NCBI RefSeq assembly: GCF_006345805.1
Contig: NC_043002.1
Span: forward strand, 44,020,001 to 44,084,000
Length of the DNA stretch: 64,000 nt
DNA from: Octopus sinensis
Taxonomy: Eukaryota
Reading direction: 5' to 3'
Part shown: one piece after another, positions 41,499-51,158 of the stretch
How positions within the stretch are numbered: position 1 is the first letter of the stretch
Layout: every line of letters begins with the position of its first letter
Position numbers and translations under genes: made by a program
The notes under the pieces: model-generated
The model's database searches: none
What the model saw: the letters and a program-made list of their open reading frames with translations, nothing else
What the model was told of the DNA's origin: nothing

Positions 41499-44177
41499 AT
41501 TCCTATACCACCGAAGGACGCCTTCCTTAAGGAATTGGTTTGTAAAACTAACGCTTTCATAAACCGGATTAGATGGCTTGTTTTCTTCCACGAGAACGAA
41601 GATCTAAAATCGAACCGGGCAGCAGCATCGTCCGAATATTGTGGGCTTTTTAAATCAATGGATACACCACCACCTAACCCAAGACTGAAGAAGTTTGAGG
41701 ACGACTTGTGGGACATCGTAAGGAAGATTAAGTTCAGGAAGTCACCCAGGAGAAATGATCACCTCAGATACCTAGATAAAGTTACCAAGGATATTAATAG
41801 ATCGGACGGAGTCCTGGTCCAGTCCGACATGACCAGGAACACATACAAGTTACCCATTAAACAGTACCTAGATTTACTCGGAAAAGAGATTAAGAAGAAT
41901 TATAGAACAACTAATTGGAGTACATTGAGGAAAGTAAACTTGGAGATTAAGGAAATAATGTGTAAATACGGAATTCAAATGAGAACGCAGCCGCTTAGCC
42001 CTAAGCAACCTAGATTTATAGAGAAGGACCATAAACCGAATTTCTACACCAACCCAGCGTTAAGACTCATATGCCCTGCCAGTTCTGATATCGGGACCAT
42101 CAGTAAGTACATTTTAGATAAATATATCCCTAGCTTAGTAAATAAGCTGAAGCTTAGCCTCTGGGCTAACTCCTCGCAGGTAGTGAAGTGGTTCTCTTCC
42201 ATCCCAAATAAGAACCGTACTAGGTTTATTCAGTTTGATATCGCCAGCTTCTACCCCTCGATTAACCCTAGTGTACTAAATAAGGCCCTTTGGCATACTC
42301 ACAACAAGGCAGGCCTCACTAGAGAAGAAATTGATATTATTTTAGTTGCCAGAAAATCATTTATAAGGTTTGAAAATAAGTTGTGGATTCGTAAAGATAC
42401 TCCAAATGAATTCGATGTGCCTATGGGTTGTTCGGATAGTGCGCAGATAGCCGATTTGGTCGGAATCTATATTCTCTACGAATTGTCCGACCAATTCCCG
42501 GATATCGCGGGCGGCCTGTATCGGGACGATTGTCTGTTTTACCTGCAAAACACCACGAACAGAATCGTACAGAAAACTAAGAATAGGTTAGCTAGGTTCT
42601 TTAATAGAATGGGCATGAATATAGTTTTTGATAATGAACTCACCAAGGCTAATTTCCTAGACGTTACACTAAACCTCCATAGCGATTCATACTGCCCTTA
42701 CCATAAGCCTTCCACTAATTTGAAGTATGTCAGTGTCTTCTCCAATCATGCCAAAACCGTAACAGACAATTTGGTTAAAAACATCTCTCTAAGATTGTCT
42801 AACTTGTCCGCTAGTGCCGACATTTTTATGCAGAAAGCGGAATTTTATAACGCCGCACTATCCAAAGCCGGCTATAGGCAGAAGGGAGTATATATTGATC
42901 CAACCCTTCCGATGCCACCATTCGGTCATCAGGATAGGGCCGTCTATAATAACATAAATAATTTAAGTAGTGACGGGAGCGCGGGGAGTGTTAGAGCAGG
43001 TACTTCTAGATTTAATTTAGGGAACAAAGATAATTATCGGGCCGGGGGAGTTCACACTAAACCAAAACCCGTTATTCATCCTATAATCACCCACCATAAT
43101 GTTAGAGCTGGCTTCCCGACCCATCACATAAATAGGAATAAGTATATATGGTTTGTAATTCCCTTTGGTAAGCAGATTAGAACTAACCTTCCCCTCTTGT
43201 TTCGACAAGCCATCGCCAGTAACTTCCCCAGAAATTCCAAATATTACTCCACGGTTAATTCGCATAAAGTTAGGATAGCTTTCTCCAACACAAAAAACCT
43301 TTCCCAGATAATCGCCTCCCATAATAATAGGCTGCTTATTAAGACCCTACCACCTTTGTCCGGAGGCGCAGCTCCGTCCGCTCCCAGTTTAACGCTCAGT
43401 AGGAATAATAATACTAGTAATAACGATAAGAGAGCCAGTACAGTGACTGATAATCTCAGTACCAACCAGGGATTAAATACTAGAAGTAGCGATAGAAGAA
43501 ATGGTGATGTCATTAACGTTAGTAATGGCAATAGTGAGGTGAGCGCAGCTAGGGTCATTAATGTAGAGAGTCCTAATAGCAACTCCAGCATCGTTTCCGG
43601 CAATAGCAGGCCCACCGATACTAGCAATTACAGCGCTCTCAGTGATAGTGAAGGCTCAGAGGTTAGCCCGTTAATTAATAGTGATTTGAAGGAATATAAA
43701 GTTGTAAGCGGCCGCAGTTCTCGCAATCAATATAGTAACAGTAACGCAGTTCTAATTTCAGAAGCTAATCCCAATAGAATAAGGTTCTTGTCGAGTAACT
43801 CCAAGATCAGAAATGCCATTTACCAATGTAAGGTTTACACGGACTCAGATGTCTACTCGTATGTCGGGGCCTCATCGTCAAAATTGGCCTTGCGAATTTC
43901 CAACCATTTCGCAACTTTTCGCGACGTGAATAAATACCAAGCCACGGGACTTAGCAAGCTTATATGGGCTTTGAAGAACGCGAACTCAGGTTTCAGGCTG
44001 GAATGGTCGATTTTGTCGGTGGCCCTCCCATTCGATAGGGGCAGAAGGAAGTGCAATCTTTGTGTCTCTGAGCTTTTCCACATATTGTTCGCCAGAGACC
44101 GGTTGGTAAACGGACTTTTACAGTCGGCTTTTCGATGTCCCCATTGGCGGCGTTATACTTATCTTGCTTATAAATGA
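41493..44177 (+). CDS. PLE polyprotein (reverse transcriptase plus GIY-YIG endonuclease); open from 41487, no ATG at its 5' end
   Basis: KDIPIPPKDAFLKELVCKTNAFINRIRW N-terminus; SDMTRNTY (DKT-like); FDIASFYPSI at 42234; PMGCSDSAQIADLVG; GLYRDD (YRDD 42519-42530); NFLDVTLNL; AIY 43815 / YVG 43860; R-I-S-N-H; KCNLCVSE; LVN; RCPH. No stops or frameshifts over about 895 codons. Confidence 0.92.
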   Translation, partial: KDIPIPPKDAFLKELVCKTNAFINRIRWLVFFHENEDLKSNRAAASSEYCGLFKSMDTPPPNPRLKKFEDDLWDIVRKIKFRKSPRRNDHLRYLDKVTKDINRSDGVLVQSDMTRNTYKLPIKQYLDLLGKEIKKNYRTTNWSTLRKVNLEIKEIMCKYGIQMRTQPLSPKQPRFIEKDHKPNFYTNPALRLICPASSDIGTISKYILDKYIPSLVNKLKLSLWANSSQVVKWFSSIPNKNRTRFIQFDIASFYPSINPSVLNKALWHTHNKAGLTREEIDIILVARKSFIRFENKLWIRKDTPNEFDVPMGCSDSAQIADLVGIYILYELSDQFPDIAGGLYRDDCLFYLQNTTNRIVQKTKNRLARFFNRMGMNIVFDNELTKANFLDVTLNLHSDSYCPYHKPSTNLKYVSVFSNHAKTVTDNLVKNISLRLSNLSASADIFMQKAEFYNAALSKAGYRQKGVYIDPTLPMPPFGHQDRAVYNNINNLSSDGSAGSVRAGTSRFNLGNKDNYRAGGVHTKPKPVIHPIITHHNVRAGFPTHHINRNKYIWFVIPFGKQIRTNLPLLFRQAIASNFPRNSKYYSTVNSHKVRIAFSNTKNLSQIIASHNNRLLIKTLPPLSGGAAPSAPSLTLSRNNNTSNNDKRASTVTDNLSTNQGLNTRSSDRRNGDVINVSNGNSEVSAARVINVESPNSNSSIVSGNSRPTDTSNYSALSDSEGSEVSPLINSDLKEYKVVSGRSSRNQYSNSNAVLISEANPNRIRFLSSNSKIRNAIYQCKVYTDSDVYSYVGASSSKLALRISNHFATFRDVNKYQATGLSKLIWALKNANSGFRLEWSILSVALPFDRGRRKCNLCVSELFHILFARDRLVNGLLQSAFRCPHWRRYTYLAYK

Positions 44178-44777
44178 TACCTTAGACAATTAGCAACCTG
44201 TCACACCACTAAAATGAAAATAATCCTTGGAAATAATTTTTTGAAAAAGCTTTTTAAGAAATATATGAATAACCCTAGCAAGGGGAAATTACTCCCATTA
44301 GGCGAATGATGTTTTGTTGTTGGAAGCAAAAGCTGGAATTTTATATACCTTTAGGATTCTTTGACGACGTTAATTTTTTGACAAGCAGGCCTAGACGAAC
44401 ACACGTACACAAAAAATATTTTCTGCCGCCTGACGAATTTTTCAGCAGTGACCATTGAGTAGCGCCTTTTACCAACATACGGCCGCGCACACATAGGCCA
44501 GTACACACATACATGCTTCTAGGTATTTTTTGTCTCGCCCCCCAAAAATACATCCAGTATTCTTTAAAATATTCAGAATCTTAGTTTTGGTCACACAGAA
44601 CATCTCCACACCCCTTGCTCTCACCTACTGGATTTGACCGCCGCCTGACCTGTAAAAATCTTCAACGCACCCACCACCCGACTTCAACGTACATTGATAA
44701 TCAGTTCACCCATGGGCTCTTAAAGAGCCGCCTCGTTCAATTTGCTTTGCTGCGCCTCTGTTCTGTTTTGTTCTGCC

Positions 44778-44896
44778 AACGGAATTCATATTTTTTTCCT
44801 GAAGAGAAAGCCACAATATGGGATCCTTATTTAATCAGAATTTGGAAAATTGTGGCTTTTGAAACATGTGTAGAATGCAATAAAAGGAATTCTGTT
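44778..44896 (+). ncRNA. Extended type I hammerhead ribozyme in the PLE pLTR
   Basis: Stem I ttc/gaa, tttt/aaaa, aacggaattc/gaattctgtt; CTGAAGA 44799-44805; 12-bp stem II gaaagccacaat/attgtggctttt; GAAA 44861-44864; stem III ac-atgt-gt (contains palindrome acatgt); predicted GUA cleavage after 44872. Confidence 0.88.
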
Positions 44897-45087
44897 CAAT
44901 CTTCGTTCAACTCCATTTCTTCAATTCACTAATAATACTAAAATTCAATTATCCGCACCAACCCACGGCTGCAACGCCAAAATGTTTTATCTCCAACCGT
45001 GCTTTCTTCTGCCGTGATTTTTGCTACCAAGGTATCGGTTAAACTTTTGATTAATCTGCAACAAGATTATTCATCTTTCTATTTTAC

Positions 45088-45138
<51 letters not shown>

Positions 45139-45139
45139 G

Positions 45140-45460
45140 TAGCCGCAATATGACTGAAACAAGTAAAAGATAAAAGATAGATAATTAAGTATCTTTCGAG
45201 AATTTATGACTTGGCAATATGTATAAACATCTGCTACGCAGATAAATATATGCTTATATTATATATATAATTATATTAATTATAATTATATATATAATAT
45301 AAGCATATATTTATTTGAAGATTTTACTTATTTGAATAATTATCATGTCTATTCCAGTCTGCGTAGCAGATGTTTATACATATTGCCAAGTCATAAATTC
45401 TCGAAAGATACTTAATTATCTATCTTTTATCTTTTACTTGTTTCAGTCATATTGCGGCTA
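45140..45460. repeat. Perfect 103-bp inverted repeat around an AT palindrome
   Basis: 45140-45242 is the reverse complement of 45358-45460. Inner palindrome 45243-45314. Duplicates the SINE tail. Confidence 0.95.
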
Positions 45461-45638
45461 TGCTGGGGCACCGCCTTGGAGGATTTTTTAAAAAATCAAA
45501 CAAATCGGCTCCAGTACCAAGTTTTTTAAAGCCTAGTACTTATTATATCGGACTTTTTTGCTGGACCACTAAGTTACGAGGACGTAAATACATCAACACC
45601 GGTTTTCAAGCGGTGTTGAGGGGACAAATACAGACACA

Positions 45639-45673
<35 letters not shown>

Positions 45674-45840
45674 CCGCGGTCTTCTTTCAGTTTCCGTCTA
45701 CCAAATCCATCCACAATGCTTTGATCGGCTCGAGACTATAGCAGAAAACATTTATCCAAGTTGCCACTTAGTGGGACTGAAACCGGAACCATGGGGTTTT
45801 GGAAGGAAGATTCTTACCACACAACCACGCCTGCGCCTAC
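45420..45840 (-). mobile_element. SINE family C, full length
   Basis: Tail gctatgctggggcaccgcc, body and head gggactgaaaccggaaccatgg. Confidence 0.85.
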
Positions 45841-47274
45841 GTACTTAATAAATTTCTACAACAAATTAAGAAAATTTTTTCATTTTCCGCGCGAAGTTTC
45901 TATTTATGATTATATTGTGGTAGTTAAATTGTTAGATTCCATGAAAATATTTTCTATCTGAAGATAATCTCTAAATGGGAAGCAAACATTTTTCATGTGA
46001 TGGGGAAAATATGCGATTCGAATTTTGAATGTTTGACCTGCTAGTGTTCTTACTAAAGTAATTTTCCAGCAGTTATATTAGTATCTGTTTCTGTTCAATG
46101 GTTTTTGTTCTTTTCACGTTGTCCCAGTCTACTCAGCTGAGTAAGCGGCCCAATTGTGACTACTTTGTCCCTCTTTTTCTTCAGGTAAAATGTATTTAAC
46201 AAAATATTATCCAATGTCTTATTTCCTCTTTAAGACGGCGGGGGAGACATGAGTACTGTTTCTAAATAAGTCGAACGACCACGTTAAGGCTGTTTTGTTG
46301 ATTCATCTTCTTTTCATATCATTCACTGACATTTTCATGGCAGAGAATTAATGATTCGAAAACTTCACCCGTGAAACAACAAACCGTTATATCACAACCG
46401 CTACCAGCTAATAAGGGAGTATATTTGTGCTCGTTTGACGTACTAAAAGTGCATCGAAACCCCATTGTCTTTGCCAAAAAGAAAAAAAACAGACATATAT
46501 AACATAACCTCAGTAAACTTTTTCTGAGATGAAATAGATAGTTATGGCAAGATTGCCTTTGACCATTAGCTTGGTCGATCAGAACTGACCAAACCACTAT
46601 ATCTTCTAGGTACTTAGAAAAAATAGGAAAAACAGAATCCTTTCTGAATTATATTTTAATTTATGATAGCTATCTGAGAGCACGAACAATATTGATTCGT
46701 GTGTAAAGATTTCGAAAGAAATTCAGATCTCATCCTTTACCCCTATTAAAAACTTGTTTATTCTTATACTCTATTAATGATTTTTTTCTAAATCAACTAG
46801 AGTAGTTTACAGAGTTTTTCGGGGACCTTCTGTGCCTGAGAAATTGTTCTCTTAGAAAGTGAAAGTCTTCTTCCGTCACCAAAAGCTAGTTTTATGATTT
46901 GTTTATTTTTCTCTATATTTCCTTTCTTTAAAATTCGATTTTATTTCTGATTACTTCCGAGATTTCGCGATTTGAATGAACTATCTAAATTATAATTATT
47001 AATTTTCTCCTCTTTCTTCATTTTGATAATTCTGTTATCACCAAAGGAATAAAACTTTTTTGTATGATGACAACTATTCACAAAAGGAAACATCGTAAAC
47101 AGATATATAGCTTTCACTACCTAATTAACGGCAAATATTAATAAGAACTTTGTACACACTTTTCAACCAAATACCAAAGTAAATAAAAAATATTCAGGCG
47201 AAAGAACATATAATTAAGCAAAAATATTTAGTAAAGATGACCAAACATTTAATTTTTTTTACAAAATAGTGTTT

Positions 47275-47470
47275 TCATTTAGATAAGGCCAGCAAATTTA
47301 AAGGGAGCAGGCTAGTTGATCACATTGAGCTCAGTACTTGATATTATAGATTCCGAAAGGACGAATGGCAAAATTGTCCTCGGTGGTATTTGAACTCAGA
47401 ACGGAACTAGATGGAAGAAATCACTCTAAGTTTTTTGTCCGATGCGCTAATGATTCTGCCAAATCGCCGC
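47275..47470 (-). mobile_element. SINE family B, degenerate
   Basis: cgaaaggacgaatggcaaaattgtcctcggtggtatttgaactcaga...tctgccaaatcgccgcc. Confidence 0.7.
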
Positions 47471-47499
47471 CTCAGTAATGATAATAATTGAAAGTCTTT

Positions 47500-48760
47500 A
47501 TTGGCCATAAGGACAGAAAAAATATTTAGGGCAATACAAAGACGAAGACCGTGGGAACACGCGTAAACAATAAAAGTAATAACATTTGAGAGAGAAAATA
47601 TTACAACAAAATCCCTTAATAGGAGGGAAACACGACTCATGGGTTTACAAAAGAACCTTACAGATTTCCTGATACTCTGATCTCCAGAAGTGATATGGCA
47701 AGTAGTCCTCAATTTCCGCACCTTTTAACCTACAGGAGAATGCTTAAACTACGTTCATTCATTCATTCATTCGGGCCCTCACCTTTCAATCCAGGTGAAA
47801 CGTTAGACGAAATAAATAAAAGCTTTCCCGAAAAGGAAAGTGTCTCACCTCAAAATACATCTTTCGCCAGAGCCACGAAGCTGAAGAAAATCCAGAAGGC
47901 AACTGGGCGATCTTCGCGATGGAGTCAGCTGAGAACCGGATTCGTCGTATATGTGATATCAGCTGGACAACATAACTCCACAAGTCATCAATGCTCGAGT
48001 GGCGTAGGAGCGCACGAAGGATTGCTTCCTCGCTCTGAGCGAATTCCGGGCACTACCATACCAGTAGAATTTATGCTGACCGGCAATTCATTCTGGTAGC
48101 ACTGCCAGGTCACAGGTTTCTGGAAATTATCCATGGGCTCCAGCCCGAAAGTCCCCCGGTAAGGACCATATCCAGTTAATTTACAACGACCCCACCCAGT
48201 TCCCTCGAGGAAGTTGTCATGCTTCCTACTATTCGTCTATAGAAAGTCATGGTGGAGATCTCGACTAGCAGAAGGTTGTAAGCACATGTCTGTGCATTAT
48301 TAGCCACGGTGTGTTCAGTCCTCCACGTAGTGGATATTGACAGCAAATGAACCATCTGAACAGCGAAACATATCCGCTCCGTGGTAAGCGGAAGAGCAAG
48401 CAGTCCACTCTGGTCAACCACAAAGCAGTGCAAGGCACGGCGACCAGGTGGAAGTTGACGACAGTTCAATGTCGGTGTTTGCCAACTCCGCCTGACCCTC
48501 ATATTGACCCATTTCTGGCCCTCCGTCCAGTGCCCCACGACGCTGTTGAATGTCATAGAACAGCCTTTCCAGGTTCTGAGCTGCAGGTCCAGCGACTTTT
48601 CTAAGTTAATTTTTGCTGCTGTCAATATCTCGTACTCACATGGAGCAGTGCCAATCACTTCAATCTGTTTGATGTTCGATGCTATTATGGAAAAGTCGTC
48701 AACATATGAAAATACAGATCCTCCACATCCTAGTTCCCGCTGGATGCCCCTAAAAGACCT
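47500..48760 (-). mobile_element. Tx1/L1-clade LINE ORF2 remnant (RT C-terminal half), decayed
   Basis: SYVDDFSIIASNIKQIEV...YEILTAAKINLEKSLDLQLRTWKG; LLFRLPRSGYVSLFRWFICCQYPLRGGLNTPWLIMHRH. Confidence 0.75.
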
Positions 48761-49375
48761 TTGATTTCTGTAGTGGTCTAGAATCAGTAGGTAGCGAAGG
48801 AGAGAGGGAGGGAGAGAGAGAAAGAGAGAGAATGAAAGGGCGGATACTTTTGTTGAACCAAACGCATTATATTGAACCGTTCTGATTGGTGGTCATTTAC
48901 TTTGACCACCAATCAAAGACGGTACCGAAACTAGCCGCCACGAAAGATTTTGATTGACCTAAGCTGATCAGCACCCTGCGTATGCTTATTGCTTACCTAG
49001 TCTATAACATATCTTGAAAGTTGCAGGTTTTCATGGACAGACCTGTTTGCAATGGCTCATGCCTGCGCATCACCAAGACCATCATTGACGAGCGCCAGGT
49101 GTTCCTCTCATTCACATTCACATATCCTGTTTGCATCAGGCTTGCCTCGATTATCATTTAAGGGGAGCAAGAAGTATTTTGTTGATTTTTATCCCATGCT
49201 CGTAAAAGATTGCCTGCCGATAGAATCGCCCCCACCAGTTATTTTGTCGTGTCATTGCTGTTATCATTGCTTTGTTGTTGCTGTTGTTACTTTCTCTGTA
49301 CATTATGCTGCTGTTGTTACTTTCTCTGTACATTATGCTGCTGTTGTTGTTGCTGTTATCACTGCTGTTACTATT

Positions 49376-49560
49376 GCAAGAGAGGAAGAGGCCGATCAAG
49401 AACCCGCTGGCTTGACACCATCAAGAGTGATACCGGAATGGACATAGCCAGTCTGAAAGAAGCGGCCCAGGATAGAACTGACTGGAGGACACTGACCCAT
49501 CGAGTAACCGAGAGTCGATTTCGACTGAGCGGATAGATAGATAGATAGATAGATAGATAG
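49376..49560 (+). mobile_element. RTE/BovB-like LINE 3' fragment with (GATA)n tail
   Basis: KRGRGRSRTRWLDTIKSDTGMDIASLKEAAQDRTDWRTLTHRVTESRFRLSG*. Confidence 0.85.
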
Positions 49561-50377
49561 TCGTTGCTATTTATGTTGGTGTTCACATTATTAAAAATGT
49601 CACCCTTACTATTGCCTTCGTTGTCGTTAACATTACTTTTATTGTTGTTCTTGAGCACACAGTGTCTTTTATAACTGGGCGGTTGTTGTATTAGAAGGGA
49701 TGGACAGGAGATTGTAATGTTTTCTAATGAAGTTGGTTGTGTTGTAAGCAATTCTTCCTGCTACTTCGTCGCTGAATGTGATTGTAGGCATTATGACTTC
49801 ATAATCCCATTAGAGACAAAAGGAAAAAAAAACAACAAATAAACTTATTCAGAATTGTGATTTTAGGGCACAATTTTATAGTTCCCCTCTTCACAAGTTA
49901 GGGCTCCTTATTCAAAGTTTTATTAAAAAAATCACAATATTAGGCAAATTGTTTCCAACAAAATTTAACAAACCCTTGGAAGTCGACTCGATGTACGTCC
50001 ACCCCAAATAATAAAAATAACCGAAACAGGCCAAAGGCCCTTTCCGAGCCATATGATCATAAGGGTGTTTTCTCGGACTTTGTAGCGCATATGTTCCACT
50101 ACGCGAATACAAAACGACGCCATGACAATGTGACAAGAATAATCCATTGGGATCTCTATGGAAATCACAGCCTACAAAGAGCAAAGGCGTAGTATAAATA
50201 AACCCCAGCAAGAATCACCGAAAATGAGAATTGCAAAATCCTGTGGGATGCAATGAGCCAGTGCGATCGCCTAACTAGAATTCTTCGCAGGGTTCTTGAA
50301 GCACGGCCAGTAAATAAGTGTCACCTAAGTCTGCTGACAATTTCCATCATACCCCGCAGAATAAGCTGTGAGTTTTC

Positions 50378-50391
50378 ATATAATAATAATG

Positions 50392-50450
<59 letters not shown>

Positions 50451-50504
50451 TATAATAATAACGATAATAATATGATAATAATAATGATAATAATGATGAT
50501 GATG

Positions 50505-50571
<67 letters not shown>

Positions 50572-50624
50572 TGATAATAATAATGATAATAATGATGATA
50601 ATAATAATAATAATAATAATGATG

Positions 50625-50667
<43 letters not shown>

Positions 50668-50760
50668 TGATGATGGTGGTGATGGTGATGGTGATGATGA
50701 TAATGATGATGGTAATGGTGGTGATAATGATGATAGTGATGGTAATGGTGATGATAATAA
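50378..50760. repeat. Long (AAT)n/(GAT)n microsatellite
   Basis: Direct reading. The 3' part recurs at about 50945-51042. Confidence 0.98.
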
Positions 50761-51158
50761 CAAACACATAACATACAGAAAGTATTATTTGACAGGCAAG
50801 AACTCTGGTGTTGAAGACAGTCAGCTAGCCAACCACCAAGCCAGCCAACGAGACAGACAGACACTACTGTGATGGTGATAATGATAAAAAAACAAAAATA
50901 ACAATAATAAGATACTGCTGTGACTACACATAAAACAATATCATTGATGATGATGGTGGTGATGGTGATGGTGATGATGATAATGATGATGGTAATGGTG
51001 GTGATAATGATGATAGTGATGGTAATGGTGATGATAATAACAATAATAAGTCGACTACGGCTGCTATAATGGTACGATTATAATTGTAACGGCAATGATG
51101 GCCGTCTCCCCACGAGCCAATCAAAGCTAAAAAATGATAACATTATCGTAGCACCAAA

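Larger units (their letters stand above)
41403..45090 (+). mobile_element. Penelope-like retroelement, C-terminal EN+ (Hydra-clade-like), near-intact
   Basis: Single RT plus GIY-YIG ORF, 3' pLTR with HHR, inverted 5' pLTR fragment, (TA)n on both flanks (41369-41404 and 45093-45137). Confidence 0.92.

Noticed and set aside
44369-44375. Second CUGACGA in the PLE 3' region
   Set aside because: No stem II or GAAA follows.
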